DNA from: Octopus bimaculoides
Taxonomy: Eukaryota
Assembly (NCBI RefSeq): GCF_001194135.2
Contig: NC_068981.1
Coordinates: 75,800,490-75,852,435 of the forward strand
Direction of reading: 5' to 3'
DNA: 51,946 bases
In this document: piece by piece, positions 1-12,132 of the stretch
Numbering within the stretch: position 1 is the stretch's first letter
Layout of the letters: each line of letters begins with the position of its first letter
Translations under genes and position numbers: made by a program
Notes under the pieces: model-generated
Database searches by the model: none
Seen by the model: only the letters and a program-made list of their open reading frames with translations
Told to the model about the DNA's origin: nothing

Positions 1-1879
1 AAGAGAGAGAGAGAGACAGAGAGACAGACAAACAGAGACAATCAGACACAGAGAAAGATAGATAAATATATAAATGATATGTGCTTTTGTTTGTCAGCGT
101 CTGTGCCTGGGGTTGTGGAGCTTGTGCACTCCCAAACTGTGGCCGAGTCGTAGAGTAATAACGGATATACATTTTAGCTATACATGTGTGTGTGTGTGTG
201 TGGGGGGGGGTATGTGTGTGTGCGCGTGCGCTGTGTGCGAGTGCCTTCTGCATATCCATATAAAATCCCACGCGTTTATTTTTTTTGTCTCTACAACACT
301 CAGTGCGTTGCGTAATAGATATATATTCGATAAAAATCATAGGTACGAACACATATATATATGGGCACGCCACCACATATAAACAGAGACATACTTAAAC
401 TTCCATATAAAACATAAAAAGTGATAAATCGATTCATGAAAATATTTCGCTCATTTCTTCCCTGCAATTCTCAGTTTGTCATTCAGTAAATCGCATACAC
501 ATAATGATTACGATATGCCTATACAGATATGAATATCGCATGAAACATTGTATTTATACGTATTTATACACATTCTCACACGTACACTTTCGTAGATACA
601 CGCGTACATTCAGGCACACACACAATTATACGCACGCACGTGCAACAAGAACGGAAATGTATAATTTGTTTGCGTACATAGATACGTATGTACAGAGCAT
701 TTCACTGGGCCATACAAGATGCTAATTGAAGTTAATATAACTGAAAGCGAAATAGAAACTGAAAAAGAGAAAAGGCAGCTGAACAGAATTCTGTATATAT
801 GGGCAGATGTCTACTCCTGTTTATAAGTCTTCATATGATTTAACGTGATATAATAATGACTATTTCAGTTCGTAAAAACAAATCGAAGGCGCACACACTC
901 CCATATACAATTAAACACACACTCACATATTTCGGTACATATACACAGATATAGACACAAAGAACATACAAACGCAATATAGAGTCAAATATAAACATTA
1001 AATTTGGACTTTTCAATTGAGATGTTGTGGTTTGTTAAAATAGACACTTGAAATAATTATCTGACAATACGTTCAAACTATGACAATTAGCATTTGAATT
1101 CTTATTAACCTTTGGTTTAATAACAAGATTGTCTGGATGTTTGTATAATCCGGATATTAGTATTTGTTTGTGCTCTCTTGAAATGAAGTAGGATTCTTTA
1201 CTGAAACTGCATTCTATGTGGTCAGTTATGTAGAAATTATAGAATGCTTAGTGTACTAAAAGGCCGCCAGCCGACACTATTTCCACAGCTGGATTGCTGT
1301 TTGTTGTCTACAGCCTAATAATCGATCGATCGAAACTTGCTCTGCACTCAAGTTTAAATTACTTCACTCCACCCACACATACACAGAGAGAAGGAGAGAG
1401 AGGGTGAGACAGGGGGATACAAAGACAGATAAAAACACAAAAAGCAACACAAATAAGAATGGGTCTCACGCTGGTTTCGACAAACTTTAACACAATTGTT
1501 CGATCAATAGAACTTCTTACTCTTTGTTTAATTTTCTTAGTGGCATAGTGTTCCACTAACATTACATGGAATATGTCTAGAGCAAGTTCGAATCTAGGAA
1601 ATTATTATTGAAGAGCAAGTCTCTTAATTATTTGACCATTGCTTGTACCACATGCACTCATACACCGAAACACACATAAATATACAAACAAGCTTACGTA
1701 TACACGCGCACACGTATTTATATCGTTCTGTTTTTTAAGTTTTGGCCTTATAAAACATATGTATCTGAGTTCAGTTTCCCTGGGCTATGTGCTTACTTGT
1801 GTTTTCTCCTATCGCTTAGGGTGGATCTATGATGCAGAATCATTGAAATTGGGTAAGGAGAAAAGATTTTGGGTGTTGT

Positions 1880-2335
1880 ACTTAATACTTTGCTTAGAGT
1901 CCGTTGGTTTATGATAAATGTCAGTTATAATTTGGTTGTTGACTTGTTTGTCATAATATTCAAGAAAGGGAGTTGTTCTTTGCTATATTCTGTTGTAAAT
2001 TGAACGTTAGGGTTAATATTATTTAATATTAATTTAAATTCCAAAAGTTTATCAATGGTCTCCTTCTAAACGAAAATGCAGTCGTCCAGGTATCTTTTCC
2101 ACTTCTATCTTGTATAATGGTGAAATGGATAACGATACTTTTGCAGTGACACTTCATATATAGCGAATTTAAAATATCCTGTTATTAGGTTCGCAAGAAC
2201 AGGGACTGCTTTCGTTGCAATCGCAATTCCGCATTTTTGACGATAGTAGGTGTCATCAAATAGGAAATAAAAAGTTGGTTTATACGTTCTGGAAGTACTT
2301 AGTGATACGTTTCCAAACCAGAATTATATTGCTGT
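1880..2335 (-). mobile_element. Penelope-like element (PLE) reverse transcriptase remnant
   Basis: Manual minus-strand translation gives FLFDDTYYRQKCGIAIATKAVPVLANL, WKRYLDDCIF (YLDD at 2081-2092), NINPNVQFTTEYSKEQLPFLNI and TDIYHKPTDSKQ. These match the order and character of PLE RT motifs; stops and frameshifts present. Confidence 0.8.
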
Positions 2336-3195
2336 TTTCCATATATATATATATATATACATTCATACATACGTACATATACACACCCTTACATACATGA
2401 GCCAATGCACACAATCGACTAAAACTCTTCAAGACGATATCCTAGAATGACTGAGAAAATTTAAAAGAAAGAAAAAAAATATAAATAGGGATACATATAT
2501 CATTAGACATGGACCACAATGGTGGTATGTAAGCCATTTTTCAAGAAACATGGAATGCATGAACGGGTTATAATAGTGCAAGTCTATCGTGATATAACGA
2601 TAAAATGTGTAAAAATCATCTGTTTTTGATGAAAATTACTTTACGTGTAGATCACCGTGGGCAAAGAGAAGAAAATTCATGGAAGGGTGAACTAATTGAC
2701 CAATAAGTAAGAGCCTCCAGTTATAAAGTTTTACAATATCATTATCGGCGAGCTTGAGACATTGTAAAATAAATTCTTTTTGACAGTTAAAGAAATCTAT
2801 TCTCTTTTGGAATTTAATAGAATATTGGATTTTTTTTGTGTGTGGTAAATTTTATTGCATTATTTTGCTTTAGTTCTAGGCATGGAGTCCTTACACTTGT
2901 GTGCTGAAGTAGCTCGTCATATTTCTTCTTTGTGTGAAGTTTATGCTATGTGTGTTCACGTTTGGGAACAGGGCTATCCTGAATGGCGTTGACGTTGTAA
3001 ACAAAGGCACTTGTTTGAATTATTTGAGTGTAATACACACGCACGCACACACACACTCATATATATATATCTACATGCCTTTAATATATATAAATAAATA
3101 TATTTAAAGGGAATAATTAATAGTTTTTCCCTTATGAGGTTTTTCACGCTAACTACTTGGTAAATTCTTATAAATATTTTATCCTATTTTTAAAT

Positions 3196-3282
<87 letters not shown>

Positions 3283-3699
3283 NNNNNNNNNNNNNNNNNN
3301 NNNNNNNNNNNNNNNNNNNNNNNNNNNNNNNNNNNNNNNNNNNNNNNNNATATATATATATATATACATACAGTATAAATATGTATCTATATGTACATAT
3401 ACAAAATCACTTTGAGGAACAAAAGCATAAATTACACGAATACGCTAATATTAATACAAATGTTGTGCCTGTACTGAACTTCGAAGATTAACAATGATGT
3501 TGAATAATTAATTATTTCATGGTATCAAGTCTAATGCATCATCTTACTCAACTGCATCGTGTCGGCTGAAAGTGCATATCCACTAATAAGAATATGTGCG
3601 TGAGTGTGCGTATTAGAAAGCCCTTCACAATATTGGATTGCATATGCATTCTTTACTACAGAATCTACACAAGTTGCCTTGAAATTCCCGAGTAAAATA

Positions 3700-4460
3700 A
3701 TTGGTAACTCGGTATCATTTATTCATTTAAATGTTTCTAAATTTGGCGTAAGGTAGATATGTTACTTGATTCCATTCAGTCCATTAGTAAATCTGTGAAA
3801 TATTTTATTGTAAAGATGAATTCTAATGCTAACGTAGCGTGATTTTGGCAACCTGATCCTAAAGAGCGAGATGAAAACATTGCAATGTATTTTTTCCCAG
3901 CTTTCCGTGTTGACTATTGTTTTACTGAAGTATATCGCAGTGTCTGTATAGGATGCACACAGTATCAACCAACAAATCTAACTCTTTGTCCAACTATCTT
4001 TAAATAGCGCGTTTAAAGGTAGTGTAAAGCCCATCTAATTCCAGATATACTAAGAAAGGAATGTAGCATAGGATAACTCAATTTCGGGTGGACTATCTGA
4101 CCCAGTGTTGTCAGGTGATAATTTAGTCGGTAAACACTAAATTTCAACATTTCAAGGCGAATTCTGTACATTATGTTGTAAAGAATGGATATGCAATCCA
4201 ATATTGTGAATGATGTTGCGATTATTCTACAAACTTTTAAAGAGTTAACATCAAAATAAGCTACAGTTGCATGAATTATCCTGCCTCTATTTTTAGCTAG
4301 AATTAATTAGGAAAATTGATTACTTTCTCAAACATAATTCATCAATTATTTAAACAGAATTAAAGGCATTTGTATGGTAAATGCCATCGGAAATGTCCTT
4401 GCACTGCTCATGTATAACCAATGCTTGACCAATGGTCATGATGTTTTATATAGCTTAAAC
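3700..4460 (-). mobile_element. Possible highly decayed Helitron RepHel remnant
   Basis: Frame-shifted minus-strand pieces AVQGHFRWHLPY, LGQIVHPKLSYPMLH and ELDGLYTTFKRA resemble the Helitron pre-helicase segment (HLP..Q, GR..VHP..YYLRMLL, NG..Y.TF..A). By-eye match only. Confidence 0.3.
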
Positions 4461-4793
4461 TGTAACTCATTCAAATTCAGGTATATTTTACAGCTATACA
4501 TGCTTACATAACAGACGCACATAAGGACTTTATACAAACAACTACTTTTTAAATGACAATGACTTCTCCAGCTACAAACTTAAATCATTTTAGAATAAAC
4601 GGCACCAAATTCCACTACACCGAATGAAAAAATCCAATATTCTAGTACAACAGTCAAGTAGAAATAGAAGTTGCTCCAGCGGTGCTTTGGATCCTACACA
4701 CCTGAAGACGCGCACCTATACTGCAAATATTGAATCATATTGATGCAATAATGCGTATTAATTGGTCAATGTTACGTTTATTATGCACATGAT

Positions 4794-4833
<40 letters not shown>

Positions 4834-4836
<3 letters not shown>

Positions 4837-4890
4837 ATTCAAATAAAGGTTATAAACCTCATTCAGGCATAATAAAATCCATTGAAAATA
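4834..4890 (+). repeat. Fragment of the dispersed repeat at 8225-8500 (opposite orientation)
   Basis: ttcaaataaaggttataaacctcattcaggcataataaaatccattgaa is close to the reverse complement of 8230-8280. Confidence 0.7.
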
Positions 4891-6189
4891 CCTCTCCATT
4901 TTCTCCTTATTCTTCGTGTGTGTGTGTGTACGTGTATTGCGCTTCGAATTATCACAAAATTTTCATGAATTTTATTCCTCAAACTGAAAATTAAATCTGC
5001 CTACAAGAAGTACAATACAGAGAATTAATTTTGAAATATGACTCAAATAGGTTCGACTAATAAGAATTTGACGTATATGTTTGTGATGATATTATTTGTA
5101 TATCTCAAAGGCTTTGTCAGCTTTAATATAATTGTTTAGTAATATTCTTATCATTGGTGATGGTCAAACATTGCCAATTCAGCACACGAACTATTTATTT
5201 GATCTCCGCTTTAGTTTTTATTCGTGTAACCTTTACTTTATACGTCTATTAAAGTTATTTTGTCACACATTCTGTGATCTCATCAGTGAATCTCTGCCTT
5301 ATGTATCTCCTCTTGCCCCCTTATAAGATTTTGTCCACCTATTGTATATTTGGAAACACTTATTTTTTGTAAATACGATACTGTCGAACAAAGAGAATGT
5401 GTTCCCAACACTGCATATGCATTAAAGTTCAACAGTTTTTCAATCAATCCGTTTATAAATGCTGGTAATCACTTCTGTTCTAGATGTGACTACATTATAT
5501 ATATNNNNNNNNNNNNNNNNNNNNNNNNTGTGTGTGTGTGTGTGTGTGTTTGCATTCCTTAACGGGTGCATGAAGATTAATAAGATACAATTAGGTACAA
5601 ATCTACTTATGATATAATCCAATATTAACACAAAATATCCGTATTAGTATATGTTTTACTGATGTAAATATCAATAATATGTGTTGCTCGGGAAACATTA
5701 AACGAATTATGTAATCTAATACTTTATAAAAAGAAGATACAAGTTTATATTAAGAAGAATATATGAACTTAAATTTATTGTTATATATATATAAAATAAC
5801 TTAGGAATATATCAATGTGGATTAAAATAACGATAAAATAAAACACTGTTTTCTATAATCTGGAATAGTAGTTACCTATGTATGTGTAAATTTGTTATCT
5901 GAAGATATATGGATTGCTATAATGTATATATAATTCAGAGGGAATTAATTAAAACAGTTTCTTAATTGAAATGCAAATATTGGAATTAGATATTTGTAAA
6001 CCGTTCAACTTGCAATTTTGCACCAACTTGTATCTTCAGAAGTTATAATTAATTCAAATTAATATGAATTATATGTGCCTATTGCCGACATCTCAACCTT
6101 AGTATTATATTAATCCATACGATAAGTATTTTTTAATTACACTTCAATAAACGGAGTTTGTTTGGAAATTTAGATTTTCAGAATTAGGA

Positions 6190-7280
6190 CAAACAAGTAG
6201 AATAAAAGCTACCAGTTACGAGTTCCACATTTCTAGCACTATTTATACTTCCACTACATCCAATTATTATTTAAATGGGACCTATATACCAAAACGTACG
6301 GATTGTGTTATAACTTTACTCATCAATAACGAAAATTTTTGCGGCATTTATCAAAATGAGTTCTTAGGCCGTAAATTGCGTAGTTTTCAACCACATACAT
6401 TGTTCTCACAATTCTTTTATTAAACCAAATTCAGGTGGTATGAAAATCATTCTGCACCTAGTCTCCATCGTAGTACCAGCCATTTCTGTAATTGTTTTAT
6501 GTGTCCTTTGGTTAGGTAGCTGCATTCATACATTGAATTACTAATGCAGATTTGATACGATTTGACTTTATAGTGTACATTTTATAATCGAGGTTATGCC
6601 TTTCAATAATTCACGTTTTTGATCCTTTGTTTTTGCCTGTCTCATGGTATTTGTTGCTAATTTAGATACAAGAAAGGAAATTTAAGACAGAGAACTTCAT
6701 ACATCGATCCAAATGATTTGTACGTTGCTTCGTAGATTTGTTAAAAATATAATGCAATGTGGAAGTCAATAGAATTTGCCCCAAAACTTAAATGGTGAAA
6801 AGAACACTGAAAAGAATTGTTCCAAGGACCGAATGATTCTCCAATCTACTACTTTTACCGATTCATAATTATGTTATGTTCATCATGTGGTTTATAAGAG
6901 GTCATTTCACCAGTTGAAGAAAGAACAAACATTGATTCCAACTTTTGTGAAAGTAGTCCGTCTTACCAACAAAATCTAAGTCCTTTCAACATCTCACACT
7001 TGATTTTTATATCTGCATACACGATCACGGCTTCTGAATCATTTTGCTGCATTGGCAAGAACCAGTAGTTAGATTGTTTGTAACATTATTTGTAACTGAT
7101 ACTTACGATGTTGTCTGAACCAAACTATGTGTTTTTTAAGAAGTTTGTCATCGCTTTAGCAGATGTAAAAATATGATTTCAGTAATTCCATCTATTTCAA
7201 ATCGTATGAGCATGCCCAGCAGTCGGCGCAGTAGGATTGAACAAGAAAAATAGTATCCCTGAGAAGATAGATAATGTCAT
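6190..7280 (-). mobile_element. Decayed Helitron RepHel (PIF1-type helicase N-terminal half) remnant
   Basis: Minus-strand pieces occur in Helitron order: IRFEIDG..IFLHL, DVERT*ILLV, SPFKFWGKF, then ATNTMRQAK..Q..LLKGITSIIKCTL*SQI (spacing of a ruined Walker A, FLDGPGGTGKTFLY), TEMAGTTM (TGMAATLL-like) and AAKIFVIDE (Walker B). Confidence 0.6.
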
Positions 7281-7328
7281 AACTTAGCTTTAAAGCTTTA
7301 ATTATATAATTATATATGAATGGATGAA

Positions 7329-7368
<40 letters not shown>

Positions 7369-7408
7369 CAAACACACACACACACATATATATATATGNN
7401 NNNNNNNN

Positions 7409-7553
7409 TCAGCTGAAACTGTCTCCAAGTCTTGTAGTGATGATGGTGGAGGGTATCAACTTCTTATCTATTTGAAATGCACCAAACATTTCGGCTGTGT
7501 TCGTTACGCTAGCGCCTTTGACGTCTTTGAAAGTCCGATAGATCTGTCATTTT
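7409..7553 (-). mobile_element. Internally deleted Tc1-like transposase fragment
   Basis: ATG at 7550 starts MTDLSDFQR, then GASVTNTAEMFG, joined almost directly to the C-terminal YPPPSSLQDLETV. The DDE core is deleted; the fragment abuts an N gap. Confidence 0.65.
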
Positions 7554-7753
7554 AATGAATTTTAATTACCCTCTTCTGATGATATCTGAAAAGAAACAGC
7601 AAGTTTAGCAAAACATATTAGACAGCACAAATAATAAATTAAAAAAACCCCAAAATAAAGAAGATTTTAACGGTTTTATAGATATTTCAAATTATGATGC
7701 CATGATGCTAGGTGTTTCCATTATTTTGTCCAACCGCTGTATATAAGAAGATT

Positions 7754-8113
7754 AGAAAATAGAGATAATTAAATTAATAATCATTTATAAATTGCAAAAT
7801 TGGACATCATATGTTTCGATTTAAGACTTTATAAATTAATTAGTAGAAAACGGAGGTGGAAAGGGATATCCCCATACCCTTATATTTTCATATTATTGTG
7901 TGTTGTGTGTAGGGGATTTGCTCTCTGCACTCAACACACAATAATATGAAAATGTAAGTGTATATCGTTTTTCCACCTCCGATGAAATTCATCTTTAAAA
8001 TACTTTTAATTATACTAATTTATTTACAAAGCCTTGAATCGAAACAGCTGTCAGAGATGCTGTCCAATTTTGTAATTAATAAACTATTATTAATTTAATT
8101 ATCTCTATTTTCT
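7754..8113. repeat. ~360-bp imperfect palindrome of head-to-head PLE-type terminal units, with a degenerate hammerhead in the right arm (7974-8057)
   Basis: 7754-7845 is the reverse complement of ~8012-8113, e.g. attattaatttaattatctctattttct. Inner arms 7851-7915 and 7921-7981 pair nearly perfectly. The right arm reads CCGATGA..AATTC/GAATC..GAAAC AGCT GTC AGAGA. Confidence 0.8.
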
Positions 8114-8224
8114 TAAAATTATCTTATTTTCTTAAAAAATATATAACCCCGATTTAGCCAATTACCTTACAGTTGAATATTAAATGTAATATTCAATACT
8201 TTTTGTAATATGTAATAAACCAGT

Positions 8225-8500
8225 GTATTCAGTGGATTTTATTATCCCTAAATGAGGTTTATAACCTTTATTTGAACTTATATATATATATACATGGGAG
8301 AATTTACGGAAAAAAAGCAACAGACGAAGACAGGTGGTGTAAACAACAAATGGACGTATTAGTTTAACGCTCGGCAATAGAGAAAGTCTTTGACGTTCCG
8401 AGCCTACGCTCTTCAACTGAAAGGAACACAGAAAGAAACAAGGAGAGGAACAAGGAGAAAAAGATATAAATGTAGTGGTCAGCGATCTATCATGGCGAAT
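8225..8500 (-). repeat. Dispersed non-coding repeat, probably PLE-terminal-repeat derived
   Basis: 8293-8500 is closely similar to 19941-20146. The minus strand carries TTGAAGAGCGTAGGCTCGGAACGTC, a hammerhead-like or PLE-end-like motif. (TA)n lies inside. Confidence 0.7.
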
Positions 8501-8920
8501 ATATATATACTCTAAATAGTTAATACGGAAGACAGAGTATGCTGCAAACTTTATCACAACAATCATTTTGGCATAATTCTGCCGGCACACTACTAGGGAC
8601 CAACACAAAATATAGTTTGGATTCTATATTTTAGATTTTAAGTTTCAAATCTTAACTTTAATTATAACTTAGGCACACGCACACACAGACACACATATGC
8701 ATACACACCTCATGAAGTCACAATCAATATGATACTAACAGCAGTTTTGTCTCTACTCTTAGAAAACAGTAGATAAGTGTTTCGTTTTACGCTTAAGTGT
8801 GCTTTAAATAATAAACTTATCTTAACATTTACGTACAAGTGTCTATATTATTTGCGCATGAATACACATACCCACCCTCACGCACGCACATGTGCACACA
8901 CATACACACACATACACACA

Positions 8921-8981
<61 letters not shown>

Positions 8982-9398
8982 CATTGAAATACATCTGTTT
9001 GACTGAAGGTAAGTAGATTCACATCATGTCAATTAGAATTCATGAATGTCCTCTTCAAAATTATACGTTCGATTAATTCAATTAGTCTCGTCATACTAAC
9101 TCTGGTTTTTATTTATATATTTTATGGTTTCTTCAGCTGCTGAGTTTTTTTTATGCCATAATTCACATTCGTTTCTTACTGTATTCTTGTCTTACTTTTT
9201 TCCCTATTCATTCTTTTCCGATTTTTTTTTTCTGAAATATATGTCTATATTTCACTTTTCACATTTTTCATCACTGCTTTTAATTTTCAAATAGAGATCA
9301 TTACTTTAATTGCAAATGTAAAAAAAAAATGTTACATTAACATCAATAAATACAAAATCAGTATCCATAATAGCAAATCTTAAAAAAATATTTCAAAG

Positions 9399-9473
9399 AT
9401 AATAATGAGAATAATAATGATGACGATGAAGACGACGACGACCACGACCACGACGACGATGATGATGATGATG

Positions 9474-9552
<79 letters not shown>
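9399..9552. repeat. Compound trinucleotide microsatellite (GAT/GAC/AAT)n
   Basis: Direct inspection; explains the poly-L and poly-I ORFs. Confidence 0.95.
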
Positions 9553-9556
<4 letters not shown>

Positions 9557-10296
9557 ATTTTTAAAAAATGAAAAAAAAATAGCATGCTTCGAGCAGAAAA
9601 TTGAATATAATTTTATTTACCGGAGATAAAAAATAATGCAAAATCAGTTGATTCCTTTCAAAATGATCTAAGGCACGTAATACTAAATATATGTAGAAAA
9701 TGAGAACAGCATTAGCGATAACAAGAGCATTAACAATATAGTGATGAATGTGCAAAGGAAACAAATGTCAACCTTTATTTTTGATAGATATATTTCATAA
9801 AGTATATTGTGGATTTAGTTAGGTGGGAATCGTGTTCATGTTTACATTATTCTGATCGTGATAATCAACTAAATATATATATATTATTAAAGTCTTAGTA
9901 ATGTATATCTACAGTTTTCCATTGAGTAAAGTCTATACATACCAGAGAAAAATGTAGAACAAAATTTTTTTAAATGCTGTTAGAAAGTGGAATTGTAGAA
10001 AACAAATGGTAGAAGAGAAGATGTGTAACTAATTCTACAATGAAGAGTAATTATATGTGTTAGTGCATGAGTTCTTGAAGAATGAAGGATGGATGAAACA
10101 TGGAAAGAAATTAAATTAATAAGATAGAATTGTTGAGATATTGGTATCTATATTCATCACCTTTGTAGAATTGTAGATGAACAAAGTGCATATACATTCA
10201 TATATGCTTAATATATTCGTGATGTAAATGCAGCATTTTTACGTCTTGTGTGAGCAAACATCCATACACACGCATTCACATACAATATATACGGAC

Positions 10297-10327
<31 letters not shown>

Positions 10328-10467
10328 CATTATTTACTTTATTTCAAGATGTCTTACCAATAGAGAAAAAAAACCTCTTTCTAACCTAGATCCAAGGTTC
10401 CTTCTTTGGGATTTTAACATCATGAACAGGGTATTTTTGTATGTATGTGTGTATCTATATATGTATG

Positions 10468-10700
10468 TATGTGGAAATTGTGTGTGCTTGTTAGTATTTT
10501 GGGGATTTACACATCAATGGATCGGATCTCATCAAGCGTCCAATCAAGCAGCCCAAATGTTGGTATGAGTACTGGCACTGCAAATACATTGTGGGCCACT
10601 GTATTATTGAATGCAAAGAATTCTGAGGACCACATTTTCTTTATTCGGCTGTAATATTTATTCAACTGTAAGATATATTTTCACCTTGTCCTAGATACCC
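10468..10700 (-). mobile_element. Non-LTR retrotransposon RT C-terminal fragment, R4/Dong-like
   Basis: Minus strand: GYLGQGENISY, then YSRIKKMWSSEFFAFNNTVAHNVFAVPVLIPTFGLLDWTLDEIRSIDV*IPKILT. This resembles the post-YLG region of R4-clade RTs. Confidence 0.55.
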
Positions 10701-10740
10701 GCAACATTCCTCGCAGGAATGTGTTATAGCTTTCAATGAA

Positions 10741-10858
10741 CCTTTTCAACATATCTTAGTATTTTACCAAGTCCTGCCTATAAAACTCCACATTTCTCTT
10801 CGACACGCCGGTCGCTGCCGCAAAGATTTTGATATTTTTTCGTTTTTTTCTTTTTCGC
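10741..10858 (-). repeat. Duplicated 5' ORF1 segment of element B
   Basis: 10741-10852 is ~90% identical (by eye) to 11754-11866, direct orientation. Confidence 0.9.
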
Positions 10859-12117
10859 TTTTCACAGGGTGGGTTGCTGGGGAATTTGGGGCTCCTGTTT
10901 GTCTGCTTGTGTGTCTGTAGTGTCAGGGTCAGGGTCAAAGTCAGTGTTTGGTGGGAAAGGACGAGGACCGGGTTCGGGGGTCATCATCATTGGTGTGATT
11001 TCGCTTCCTCCACTTTCTGTTTGTGTTAGTGACTGCATTCCATAGATTTACTGTCTCTTCCTCCACTTGTTTGTCCTTCCTTTCCGTTGCACAGGGTTCC
11101 TCTTCGCATACTCCCTCATTCGGCGTCACAGTAGCTGGAAGTGTTGTTTCCCCCATTACCAGTAGGAACACCGGTATCTTGGCCGGAGATGGAAGCATCT
11201 TGGCCGGAGATGCTCTTATGTGGCCCTTCTGGTCACATTTGTAGCAACGCGGCTTTCTGCCTTCCACTGCAACCCTCAATCTCTTATCACCCACCACAAT
11301 GGTGTCGATGATATTTTCTAGATCTCCGGGGAAGCCTGGAAGACGATTTCCAGTCATTGCCCCAGCCAGTTCTGCTTTGGTGTATTTGTGGCATGGAGGA
11401 TCGATATTTTCACCTCGAAGCCTATCATTATCGCTGCCATCAGCCAGACAAAACCCCCCGGTGGTACCTCCTCTACCCTTACCCAGGAACCACGCCTTTC
11501 AAGGTCAGATGATAGTAATATAATCTCCTCTGTTTTCTTCTGTCGGGAACTGCACTTCTACTGATGCGTATTTGGCGCCCCTGGCCAGGCACGTTATTTC
11601 CGGCCAGATGGATGCCTAGCACGTTTCAATTTGTACCTTGTTTGCCATTTCAGTTTTCTTCTCCGTTATCGCATATGTCTGAAATATCATCGTTTTCTTG
11701 CAAATGTCCCTCGTAATTTCGTTAGGCGGGGTCAGTTCTACCTGAAACCCCTGCCTTTTCAACATTTATTGGTGTTTTACCAAGTCCTGCCTTTCAAACT
11801 CCACATTTCTCTTCGACACGCCAGTCGCTGCCGCAAAGATTTTGATACTTTTTCGTTTTTTTTTCTTTCCCTCTTCTTGCCTACTCCTCCTAAAAGGCAC
11901 TCGGGAAATACGTTAATTCACCATGCGACAGCTCCACGTCAGATGAGCTTACATCTTCGTATTTCATCATACAGCCCCCTTTCAAACAACGGGAAAACGA
12001 CAACTGGACTGCCGCAACGATTGTTTTCACAAAGGCACGCAGTAACAACGTTCAACAGAGCAACAACCGTAATATAACAAGTGACACTAACCGTAATTCA
12101 CGACTCTAACTCTAGAC
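10859..12117 (-). mobile_element. Tx1/L1-type LINE element B: 5' UTR plus disrupted ORF1 (zinc knuckle), no ORF2
   Basis: EITCLARGAKYASVEV (~11555-11600). ORF 10941..11357 has DTIVVGDKRLRVAVEGRKPRCYKCDQKGHIRA, a CCHC knuckle whose last Cys is lost in a short tandem duplication. Homologous to ORF1 at 44.2-45.0 kb. Confidence 0.75.
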
Positions 12118-12132
12118 GGACACATTTCGAAT

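Noticed and set aside
1325-1356. GAAACTTG..CAAGTT hairpin resembling hammerhead stem III
   Set aside because: Upstream core is CTAATAA with no compatible stem I or II.
1459-1548. Signal-peptide-like mini-ORF MGLTLVSTNFNTIVRSIELLTLCLIFLVA
   Set aside because: Stops after 29 codons, with no donor site or recognisable homology.
4695-4735. CCTGAAGACGCGCACCTATACTGCAAAT, possible hammerhead or PLE end
   Set aside because: No GAAA or NUH in register and no stem I; too decayed to call.
5250-5295. Minus-strand CTGATGA-GATCACA..TGTGAC-AAAA
   Set aside because: Stem II is plausible but G12, stem III and stem I are not satisfied.
6435-6535. Hydrophobic plus-strand frame MKIILHLVSIVVPAISVIVLCVLWLG with AG/GT boundaries, resembling a transmembrane exon
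   Set aside because: Better explained as the antisense of the Helitron helicase remnant; splice signals are weak.
7570-7610. CTGATGA..GAAAC motif
   Set aside because: No stem II or stem I pairing.
9358-9629. Poly-Leu, poly-Ile and poly-Ser ORFs (also 38.9-39.2 and 42.8-43.0 kb)
   Set aside because: Translations of trinucleotide microsatellites.
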